From positions 2,785 through 66,784 of the forward strand of contig PLMN01000028.1 of the NCBI GenBank assembly GCA_003141555.1: a stretch of 64,000 bases of DNA. The letters run 5' to 3'. Below are positions 57,706 through 64,000 of this stretch, piece after piece. How positions within the stretch are numbered: position 1 is the first letter of the stretch; each line of letters starts with the position of its first letter. Source of the stretch: Candidatus Aminicenantes bacterium (GTDB taxonomy: Bacteria; Acidobacteriota; Aminicenantia; Aminicenantales; UBA4085). Under the pieces are notes generated by a model, which made no database searches, was not told where the DNA came from, and saw only the letters and a list, made by a program, of their open reading frames with translations. Made by a program: the position numbers and the translations under genes.

Positions 57706-57855
57706 TCCTGACGCAAGCATTTTTTCAGTTTGAGACACAATCTGGTCACAGTGCCCAAAAATTATTAGAGTAAAAATAGAAATAATTTAAGATTTTTTTC
57801 TCGTTCATCTGTAGCGACTTCCAGAGCCTTTTTTTGCCTCGCCCCGTCCTCTGAT

Positions 57856-57884
57856 TTGACATTTAATATAATATATTATATTAT
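57856..57884 (+). promoter_or_regulatory. Strong sigma70-like promoter TTGACA-N17-TATTAT (islet module 1)
   Basis: -35 at 57856-57861, -10 at 57879-57884. About 20 nt of upstream sequence is identical to the module-2 promoter. Confidence 0.5.
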
Positions 57885-57918
57885 TCATTTGGAAATTAGG
57901 ATTGAAAGGAGAAAAAGG

Positions 57919-58839
57919 ATGAACGAAGCGGAGGACGGAGGAACGGCGAAGGTGCGGCGGGCCAACCTGCAGAAGGGCTACGAAACGGAAAAGTGGGAAA
58001 CCGTATACGCCGGCATGCGGGCCCAGGGCAAAACGATTGCCCAGGCGAAGGCTGAGGCGTGGGCTCTGGTGGATTCCATGCGGCGGGCCGAGGCGATCCA
58101 GGACCGTGACGCCGTGCTGGACAAGGTGTTTGCGGAATCCGCTGGCGCTGACATGGTAGCCGCCGCCGCCCAGGCGCCGGGCTTGGATCCCGCGGCCGCT
58201 TCCCTGGCTTGGGAGAGCAAGGGCCAGGCCGAGTACTGCGAAGGCTGCGGCCAGCAAGCTTGCAACGTGATTCTGAAGATTGGCGAAATCTGTGGCGACC
58301 GGATCGAGCCCGACAGGGCCCTGGACGAGTACGTTGAGGCGAATACGGACCAGGCCCAGCCGATTGAGGACCCGGACACGGATGACGCCGGCTGCCCCAG
58401 CGCGGTTGACGAAAAGTCGCCGGCCCAGCTGGTCCGGTGCCCCAGTTGCGGAATGGCCATGTTGCGGCGCGAGCCCTGCGCGTATTGCGGCGCCCGGTTC
58501 GATGAACCGGCCTCGACCGAAGAAAACCTGGCCGCCGAAATGGCCGCCCAGAATAAGGCCAAGCGGGCCGCCAAAAGAGCCACGTTGAAGGGCGCTAAAG
58601 GCCGCCTCTCCAAGAATGCCATAAAGGAAATTTTAATGGCCTCTAAGGTATTCGCTGAGCCGCCCGCCCGCAAGAAGGCCCGCAAGGCCCGGGTTTCCAT
58701 GAAGCAGCCCAGCGAAGAAACGATCGACAAGTGGATGTTCGATGGCTACTGCAAGGCGACGGACGGCTGCAGGGTCGAGCCGGACGGCACGTGCGAGCAC
58801 GGCTGCAAGTCCTGGGCGCTTGTGCTGAATCTGATCTGA
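57919..58839 (+). CDS. Hypothetical protein with multiple CxxC zinc-ribbon-like motifs (306 aa)
   Basis: ATG 57919 with RBS AAAGGAG. Motifs CEGCGQQAC, CPSCG...CAYCG, and C..GC..C..C. Basic KR-rich segment. No recognisable family. Confidence 0.5.
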   Translation: MNEAEDGGTAKVRRANLQKGYETEKWETVYAGMRAQGKTIAQAKAEAWALVDSMRRAEAIQDRDAVLDKVFAESAGADMVAAAAQAPGLDPAAASLAWESKGQAEYCEGCGQQACNVILKIGEICGDRIEPDRALDEYVEANTDQAQPIEDPDTDDAGCPSAVDEKSPAQLVRCPSCGMAMLRREPCAYCGARFDEPASTEENLAAEMAAQNKAKRAAKRATLKGAKGRLSKNAIKEILMASKVFAEPPARKKARKARVSMKQPSEETIDKWMFDGYCKATDGCRVEPDGTCEHGCKSWALVLNLI

Positions 58840-58852
58840 AAGGGGAAATGCA

Positions 58853-59041
58853 GTGAAAGAATATTACAACGTGGGCGGGATGCAGGACCAAATTGAGAAG
58901 GGTCATTTTGCCATTATCCGGGATCGAAAAAGGCTTATGTCAGGGATGCCGTTGTACAAGGCCAAGGAATATGCAGAGAGATTCGGCGGCAAGGTCGTTG
59001 ACATGGAATCCCCTGCATGGGCCGGGCTGAAAGAGGAATGA
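58853..59041 (+). CDS. Small hypothetical protein (62 aa)
   Basis: ORF with RBS-like GGGGAAATG context. Stop overlaps the next start (ATGA). Confidence 0.35.
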   Translation: MKEYYNVGGMQDQIEKGHFAIIRDRKRLMSGMPLYKAKEYAERFGGKVVDMESPAWAGLKEE

Positions 59042-59460
59042 ACATGAGTGCTTTTATGCTGAGCGACTACGCCCTTTCCAAACTGGCCCGAGCCGCCCTG
59101 GCCGTGGCCCCTGACCTATTCGCTGGCTACAATGACGGGCACAAATCAATGACTATCTATGGCAGCCCGACGCCCGCCGAGTGGTTGGCCACGGACCTCT
59201 TTTTGCTCAACGGCCTGGCCATGCGGGCGCGATACGGCGAGGTCCACGACGCCGCTGAATTCCGCTACGAGGAATCCCGGGGCGGCCACGATACCGACGT
59301 CCGACTTTACAAGTCAATCCGCTGCTTTCTCTACCAGTGCAGCGAGGGCGACGTGCCTGAAAAGCCCTTGTTCAAGCTGATGGAGCAGTTTTCCGCGGAC
59401 GTTGCCGGTGATATAATCTGGGCACTCCCCAGCTGGGACGAGCTGCCCTGGGGGGAATGA
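59038..59460 (+). CDS. Hypothetical protein (about 140 aa)
   Basis: ATGA-coupled to both the preceding and the following gene. No family recognised. Confidence 0.4.
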   Translation: MNMSAFMLSDYALSKLARAALAVAPDLFAGYNDGHKSMTIYGSPTPAEWLATDLFLLNGLAMRARYGEVHDAAEFRYEESRGGHDTDVRLYKSIRCFLYQCSEGDVPEKPLFKLMEQFSADVAGDIIWALPSWDELPWGE

Positions 59461-59654
59461 GGATCAAAAAAATGGGCACAAGAGTCAAGAAAACGGACAA
59501 GCGGCCCCGCGGCAGGCCGGTTTCGACGGGTACCGGGAAGGGGATCTCGCTCTACCTTCCCGTCAAGCTGATACAGGCCTTGAAAGCGAAGGCGCCGAAG
59601 GGCCACACCCTGGAAGCGTTCATCCGGGAGATACTGGAATTCTATCTCTTGTAG
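59457..59654 (+). CDS. AT-hook + ribbon-helix-helix-like small DNA-binding protein (65 aa)
   Basis: KRPRGRPVSTGTGKGISLYLPVKLIQALKAKAPKGHTLEAFIREILEFYL: RGRP AT-hook followed by a beta-alpha-alpha RHH pattern. Paralog of 60761..60946. Confidence 0.5.
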   Translation: MRIKKMGTRVKKTDKRPRGRPVSTGTGKGISLYLPVKLIQALKAKAPKGHTLEAFIREILEFYLL

Positions 59655-60123
59655 TAATCGTACCAGTGGCCGGCCGCTGCGTCATGACGTATATTTCAGC
59701 CCGGATCGTCGCCGGGCCGCCTCCCCCTGCCCCGGTCAGCTCCCGCCAGCTTTTCTGAGGGCCAATCTTCCAGCTTTCCCTAGCTTCACGGCTGCATCCA
59801 AGTCCGGCGCGTTCGTCTGCTGGAAGGCCGCCCTCGATAGATGCTCGAAACACAGGAATCCAAGTCCCGTCATCGTCTGCATGATTTAGACGAGGGAAGG
59901 GGCTTTGAACAATCCCGCCGCCCTACCTGATGATACCATTTTCTCGAGGAAAATGCCTCCCAGGAAGAGACAGAAAGAGACTCAAAAAGACCATTTCTGT
60001 TACAATTTTAGGGACATTCATTTAATTTTCGGCGAGCAAAAACAAAAGATTTTATAAGATTTATTTGTCGTTGTATTTTCATCGATATACAGAACATTTT
60101 CTGGCAGCCGATCCCCTCCTGAT

Positions 60124-60152
60124 TTGACATTTAATATATTCTAATATATTAT
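60124..60152 (+). promoter_or_regulatory. Second copy of the TTGACA-N17-TATTAT promoter (islet module 2)
   Basis: -35 at 60124-60129, -10 at 60147-60152. Flanking CTGATTTGACATTTAATAT is identical to module 1. Confidence 0.5.
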
Positions 60153-60194
60153 ATGGCCATGATAAACAATGAAAAGGAAAAACAGGGGGCTAGA

Positions 60195-60443
60195 ATGGAA
60201 AAGCAGGCAGTCCATAATTCCAAATGCGTGGTCGAGTACGACCCCGAGCGGAAAGAAATTTTCGCTCGGGATTTAACCGACACATTCAACGAGCCGGCCA
60301 TTTATAGCAAAACGAAGCGCGGGATCCGGGCGGCTTGGGATGAGCTGACGAAAACCTTTACGCCTGAAACCCGACTCCACGATGTTGTCAAAACGCTGGA
60401 AGCGAAAAACATCCGGACGCACTACTGGTGCATGGTGGATTAA
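60195..60443 (+). CDS. Hypothetical protein (about 82 aa)
   Basis: ATG 60195 preceded by a GGGGG RBS. The upstream ATG at 60153 abuts the -10 element and is unlikely to be transcribed. Confidence 0.4.
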   Translation: MEKQAVHNSKCVVEYDPERKEIFARDLTDTFNEPAIYSKTKRGIRAAWDELTKTFTPETRLHDVVKTLEAKNIRTHYWCMVD

Positions 60444-60454
60444 AGGGGGGCATT

Positions 60455-60757
60455 ATGCCTGCATTTACAGCGAAGGGGAATGAACTCTTCATCGAGGGCC
60501 GCAAGGTCCTCGCGGGATGGGAATCGTTTTCAGGATGGTACTGGTTCGCGACGGAGAAGTCCGAGGAGCGGAAGCTCAGCGATGGCGGGGGCTCTGTCTT
60601 TGACGGGGTGGCTGTTGATGATACGATATGGTTCGGATTCATACAGGGCCAGGTGTCGGAATGGGGCTATTTCAGCGAAGCCGAGATCAGGCGGCTGGGG
60701 TCCAGAGCGTGGAGGATCAAAGAATGCGATCTCCCGTTCTCTGGCCGGAGAAGATAA
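60455..60757 (+). CDS. Hypothetical Trp/Gly-rich protein (about 100 aa)
   Basis: ATG 60455 with RBS AAAGGGGGG. No family recognised. Confidence 0.4.
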   Translation: MPAFTAKGNELFIEGRKVLAGWESFSGWYWFATEKSEERKLSDGGGSVFDGVAVDDTIWFGFIQGQVSEWGYFSEAEIRRLGSRAWRIKECDLPFSGRRR

Positions 60758-60760
60758 AAT

Positions 60761-60946
60761 ATGATCGCAAAGAAACTGAAATCAGCGAAGCCCCGGCGCG
60801 GCCGGCCTGTGTCCACGGGGACCGGGGTTTCGATTTCGCTCTATCTCCCAAAGCCAATGATGGACGCCCTTTTCAAGATGACGCCCAAGGGATCCACGCT
60901 CGGGGATACGATCCGGAAACTGATCGCCGAAAGGCTGGGCCGTTAG
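60761..60946 (+). CDS. AT-hook + RHH-like small DNA-binding protein (61 aa), paralog of 59457..59654
   Basis: KPRRGRPVSTGTGVSISLYLPKPMMDALFKMTPKGSTLGDTIRKLIAERL is collinear with the module-1 protein. Confidence 0.5.
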   Translation: MIAKKLKSAKPRRGRPVSTGTGVSISLYLPKPMMDALFKMTPKGSTLGDTIRKLIAERLGR

Positions 60947-61246
60947 CTTATTCCATGGCCAGCCGTTCCGGCCGGTCAGATGAACTGGCATCGTCGAGGT
61001 AAGGCAAGCTCCCTCGCTGGAAGGCCGGGGCTGACAGAGTTCGTATTTCGGATATCCGAGGCTCCGCATGGTCCCCATGTGATCAGCGATAATCATTATT
61101 CCCCGTCCAACGACGATTATTTAGATTCCATGAGCCGGGAAATATATTTCACTGATCACGTGAGTTACAAAAAGGTGCATTTCTGCTGAAAATAGAGAGT
61201 AGGGGAGGCTCTCTATGAGGCAAAGAACACTAGTTTCCTTGACGCG

Positions 61247-62425
61247 GTGCATGGAAGCGGTAAAATGAAAGCACGAGTTTGGGAGACATCTGTGAGCGGA
61301 AAAGATTGCGGGCTATCTGGGAAATCCCGCCGAATACCTCTTCGCAGGTTTCCCGCCCTGATCCAGAAAACGACTGTCGCCTTGCTCTTCGGAGGCCGCT
61401 CCGCGGAGCACGAGGTTTCGATCCGCTCGGCCGCCGCTGTCTTTCGCAACCTTGACCCGAAGAAATTCCGCGTCGCCGCGATCTACATCGACAAGTGCGG
61501 CCGCTGGAAGCGAGTCGCCTCTCCCCTGTTGCCTATCGAACGGCTGGCCGCCGGTCCGGCCTCCGATTTCCTGCCCTGGGCCGGGACAAAGTCCGCCCCT
61601 CCGATCCGGGCGGACATCTATTTCCCCGTGCTCCACGGACCTTACGGAGAGGACGGCACCATCCAGGGGCTCCTCGAGATGGCCGACGTCCCCTTCGTCG
61701 GGCCGGGGGTCCTCGGCTCCGCAGTGGGCATGGACAAGGCCGTGATGAAGGTCCTGTTCGAGGCCGCGGGCGTGCCGATCGTCCCCTTTCGCGTCGTCCG
61801 GGAGGCCGCCTGGCGGCGGGACCCTGGCGCCGTCCTCCGCGCCGTCCGGCGCGAGTTCGGGTTGCCGCTCTTCGTGAAGCCGGCGAATCTCGGCTCGAGC
61901 GTCGGTATCACCAAGGTCGCGGACCGCGCGGCGACGCGGGCCGCAATCGAGCTCGCGTTCGCTTACGACCGGAAGGTCCTCGTCGAAAAAGGCATCCGGG
62001 GCCGCGAACTCGAATGCAGCGTCCTGGGCAACGACGCGCCCGAAGCATCGCTCCCCGGCGAGGTCATCCCGCACGGCGAATTCTACGACCAAAACAGCAT
62101 GTACATCGCCGGCCGGACCGTCTTCTATATCCCCGCTCGCCTGCCCGCCGGCGTCGTGCAGGCCGTTCGGAAAGCAGCCGTGGCGGCCTTCACTGCCTGC
62201 GAATGCGAGGGCATGGCTCGCGTCGATTTCTTCCTCGAAGGAGGAAGCGGGCGGCTTTACGTCAATAAGCTCAATACCATCTCGAGCTTCACCGAGATCA
62301 GTATGTACCCCAAGCTCTGGGAGGCTAGCGGCCTGGCCTACCCCCGCCTCCTCGAACGGCTCCTCGGTCTCGGGTTCGAACGGCATAAAGCGAAAAAGCG
62401 ATGCATAGTGAGAACGCGGCCATGA
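61247..62425 (+). CDS. ddl: D-alanine--D-alanine ligase
   Basis: ALLFGGRSAEHEVSIRSAAAV N-domain and ATP-grasp motifs (LFVKPANLGSSVGI). Host-like high GC. The N-terminus as called may be over-extended by about 30 aa. Confidence 0.85.
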   Translation: MHGSGKMKARVWETSVSGKDCGLSGKSRRIPLRRFPALIQKTTVALLFGGRSAEHEVSIRSAAAVFRNLDPKKFRVAAIYIDKCGRWKRVASPLLPIERLAAGPASDFLPWAGTKSAPPIRADIYFPVLHGPYGEDGTIQGLLEMADVPFVGPGVLGSAVGMDKAVMKVLFEAAGVPIVPFRVVREAAWRRDPGAVLRAVRREFGLPLFVKPANLGSSVGITKVADRAATRAAIELAFAYDRKVLVEKGIRGRELECSVLGNDAPEASLPGEVIPHGEFYDQNSMYIAGRTVFYIPARLPAGVVQAVRKAAVAAFTACECEGMARVDFFLEGGSGRLYVNKLNTISSFTEISMYPKLWEASGLAYPRLLERLLGLGFERHKAKKRCIVRTRP

Positions 62426-62522
62426 GGACGTTCTCTGGTCGTCCTATCCCGAAATATCATTTCGCTTTGTTATGGAATCAAATTTCTGCGATAGACTACG
62501 AAGCTCATTCTCATATGTCACA

Positions 62523-62774
62523 TTAATTCCTTTTTCGTTCTAATAGCCCAAAAATAATCCCGTATAGAATTGCGATAACTAAAGCGAGGAGTATTACCGA
62601 AACTGTATTTGTGCTGGCGCTAATGTTAAATATTTTGATTACTGCCTTTGACCAATTCTCCAGCATGTTATAAAAATTAGGAAGGAATTTTCTTATTAAT
62701 TCACTTACCAGTAATCCGAATACAATACTCAATATAAAAGACGAACCATGATGGGCACCATGTCTCAGAGGCAA
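62523..62774 (-). CDS. Small two-TM membrane protein (83 aa), AT-rich
   Basis: Two hydrophobic helices. Lies in the low-GC terminal segment next to clpP. Confidence 0.35.
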   Translation of the reverse strand: MPLRHGAHHGSSFILSIVFGLLVSELIRKFLPNFYNMLENWSKAVIKIFNISASTNTVSVILLALVIAILYGIIFGLLERKRN

Positions 62775-62802
62775 TAAGATGGCTCCTTTAGGATTTAAGA
62801 AC

Positions 62803-63363
62803 TCATCTTTTATTGAGTTTTAAAAGCGGAATTATGTGATCGATAATTCCGAATTTCTTCGCTTCCTTGACGTTTAGCCAGAGATCCCTTTGTATACTCT
62901 TTTCTATTATGTCTTTGGATTTTTTTGTATGAAACGAAAGAATCTTAATCATCCGATCTTCCAGATCGACTATATTTTCCGCAGCTATCTTTAAATCAGA
63001 CGTTGTCCCTGAAGTCTGCGCCCAAGCCTGATGCAGGAGAATCCGCGAGTTCATCGTCGCGTATCTTTTTCCGGATTCCCCAGCTGCAAGAATCCAAGCC
63101 GCCATCGAAAAAGCCGGGCCGATACAAAATGTCGATATTGGAGCCTCAATCATTTGAATACAGTCGTATATTGCTAATCCGGCATAAACACTTCCGCCGC
63201 CGCTTGAAATATAGAGCCGAATATCCGATTTTTTATCAAGACTATTCAATACCAACAAATTGGTAATGACATGATCAGCGCTGGAATTGTCAATCTCGCC
63301 GGAAAGATAAATAATCCGATTCTCTAACAGATGCTGCAGAGGAGACATCGATATTTTTGCCAA
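62803..63363 (-). CDS. clpP: ATP-dependent Clp protease proteolytic subunit (divergent, low-GC copy)
   Basis: 186 aa. Ser-His-Asp triad positions conserved (GPAFSMAAW, RILLHQAW, IQRDLW). Very AT-rich, in contrast to the host genes. Confidence 0.8.
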   Translation of the reverse strand: MAKISMSPLQHLLENRIIYLSGEIDNSSADHVITNLLVLNSLDKKSDIRLYISSGGGSVYAGLAIYDCIQMIEAPISTFCIGPAFSMAAWILAAGESGKRYATMNSRILLHQAWAQTSGTTSDLKIAAENIVDLEDRMIKILSFHTKKSKDIIEKSIQRDLWLNVKEAKKFGIIDHIIPLLKLNKR

Positions 63364-63377
63364 TACAATCTCCTTTC

Positions 63378-64000
63378 TTATCGATACTTTATTTTGGCGA
63401 TTTTTACCCTGTTTTTTTTTAGTTCTCTATCGAACGAAATACTTTCGATCGCATCCCAATCCGAGCCGAGTTTGCATTCCGCCAGAATCGATCCCAATTG
63501 CTCGTCCAAGACGTGGTTAAGCTTTCTGGCTCCATATTCCTTACTAAAACCTTCTTCGATAATGAGATCTATCGCTTTTTCCGATAAAAATAAAATCTTT
63601 TCGTTTTGTTTTTCCAATTGCTGGCGTTTTTGTTCTATAAAGCCCTTCATCATTTCTCTGCTTAATGGTTTCAAAATCAATATTTCATCTATCCTTCCAA
63701 GGAACTCGGGGGGAAATACGTTTCTAACCTCCTCTTGAACCCCGGCTTTTATGTCCTCCCAGCCTTTATTAGCTCTTGGATAATCGATGATGGCATCTCG
63801 GCCGCTGAAGCCGATATTTGCGGTCATAAGAATAGTAGTGCTATCGAAATATAGTTCGTTGCCGAGGTAGTCTAGTATTCTTCCTGCGTCGAATATCTGA
63901 AGGAAAAGCATCCAGATCTCTCGACTCGCTTTTTCAATCTCATCGAGAAGAAGAATCGCGTTTGGCTTGCTGCGGATTTGATAAGTGAGAAAAGGTACTT
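63378..64000 (-). CDS. ClpA/ClpC-type AAA+ chaperone, C-terminal part (5' end lies beyond the window)
   Basis: The D2 sensor-2/small domain PEFLGRIDEILILKPLS and ..EYGARKLNHVLDEQL are present. The frame stays open upstream of the listed ATG through ..ILLLDEIEKASREIW (Walker B) to the window edge. Confidence 0.75.
   Translation of the reverse strand, partial: VPFLTYQIRSKPNAILLLDEIEKASREIWMLFLQIFDAGRILDYLGNELYFDSTTILMTANIGFSGRDAIIDYPRANKGWEDIKAGVQEEVRNVFPPEFLGRIDEILILKPLSREMMKGFIEQKRQQLEKQNEKILFLSEKAIDLIIEEGFSKEYGARKLNHVLDEQLGSILAECKLGSDWDAIESISFDRELKKNRVKIAKIKYR

Larger units (their letters stand above)
57494..61200 (+). other. Compositionally distinct (lower-GC) islet inserted at the 3' side of tRNA-Phe, with two promoter-driven modules of small genes and no integrase
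   Basis: GC drops abruptly after the tRNA. Seven small plus-strand ORFs sit in two units, each preceded by a near-identical CTGATTTGACATTTAATAT...TATTAT promoter. The islet ends before the native high-GC ddl. Confidence 0.45.

Noticed and set aside
59620-59853. 77-aa minus-strand ORF in the spacer between the two islet modules
   Set aside because: It is antisense to the module orientation, its translation is G/A-rich low-complexity sequence, and it has no RBS. Probably non-coding.
57494-61200. Classifying the tRNA-adjacent islet as a prophage or integrative conjugative element
   Set aside because: No integrase, excisionase, replication, structural or transfer genes were found. No convincing direct repeat of the tRNA 3' end was found.
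1-64000. CRISPR arrays, rRNA genes and additional tRNAs
   Set aside because: No regularly spaced direct repeats or rRNA-like conserved stretches were seen. tRNA-Phe was the only cloverleaf-consistent sequence I could verify by eye. A systematic tRNAscan/Infernal run could still find structured RNAs I missed.

Overview
This window is high-GC (roughly two-thirds GC by eye) bacterial chromosomal DNA, densely coding, with housekeeping operons interrupted by several compositionally distinct accessory insertions. In coordinate order it contains:

- (1) Left edge: an IS256-family insertion sequence next to a truncated IS1380-like transposase remnant, followed by a somewhat lower-GC aldehyde dehydrogenase and a B12-binding radical SAM gene.
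- (2) comM/yifB, then a glycosyltransferase block built from two tandemly duplicated GT4 gene pairs, two small hypothetical genes and an alkaline-phosphatase-superfamily (sulfatase-like) lipoprotein.
- (3) truA, rimI, tsaB and a leuD-leuC-leuB-like set.
- (4) A low-GC insertion carrying a YtrA-type GntR regulator, an ABC ATPase, a permease and a RelE/ParE-RHH toxin-antitoxin pair, each with a palindromic operator.
- (5) The most interesting locus: a single tightly packed minus-strand operon. It encodes a SucC-like ATP-grasp CoA ligase with a C-terminal 2x[4Fe-4S] ferredoxin domain, a SucD-like subunit, a small citrate-synthase-family protein resembling citryl-CoA lyase, an HD-domain protein and a second LeuC/LeuD-type aconitase-family dehydratase pair. 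Together these look like a citryl-CoA synthetase/lyase-type citrate-cleavage (or citrate-analog) module wired to a LeuCD-type (iso)citrate isomerase. This is a candidate reductive-TCA-like or otherwise novel short pathway.
- (6) An URO-D family gene, a truncated POT transporter, and an ECF sigma/anti-sigma operon with two secreted paralogs.
- (7) An RRM RNA-binding protein, ftsB-like gene, phosphohexomutase, coaD, pilMNOPQ plus two lipoproteins, priA, a family-4 UDG, coaBC, gmk, yicC, an msbA-like ABC exporter, a cysteine-free USG-1/Asd-like protein, a GT4 gene, a TolB-like propeller protein and an OmpR/histidine-kinase pair.
- (8) tRNA-Phe(GAA) with a textbook sigma70 promoter, followed immediately by a ~3.7 kb lower-GC islet of small genes arranged as two modules, each driven by a near-identical TTGACA-N17-TATTAT promoter and each ending in an AT-hook/RHH DNA-binding paralog. 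No integrase is present.
- (9) A native ddl, then a very AT-rich terminal segment with a small membrane protein, a divergent but catalytically intact clpP and the 3' part of a ClpA/ClpC-like ATPase that runs off the window.

No CRISPR array or rRNA was seen. Many long antisense or N-terminally extended ORFs in the six-frame track are high-GC artifacts and are not reported as genes.
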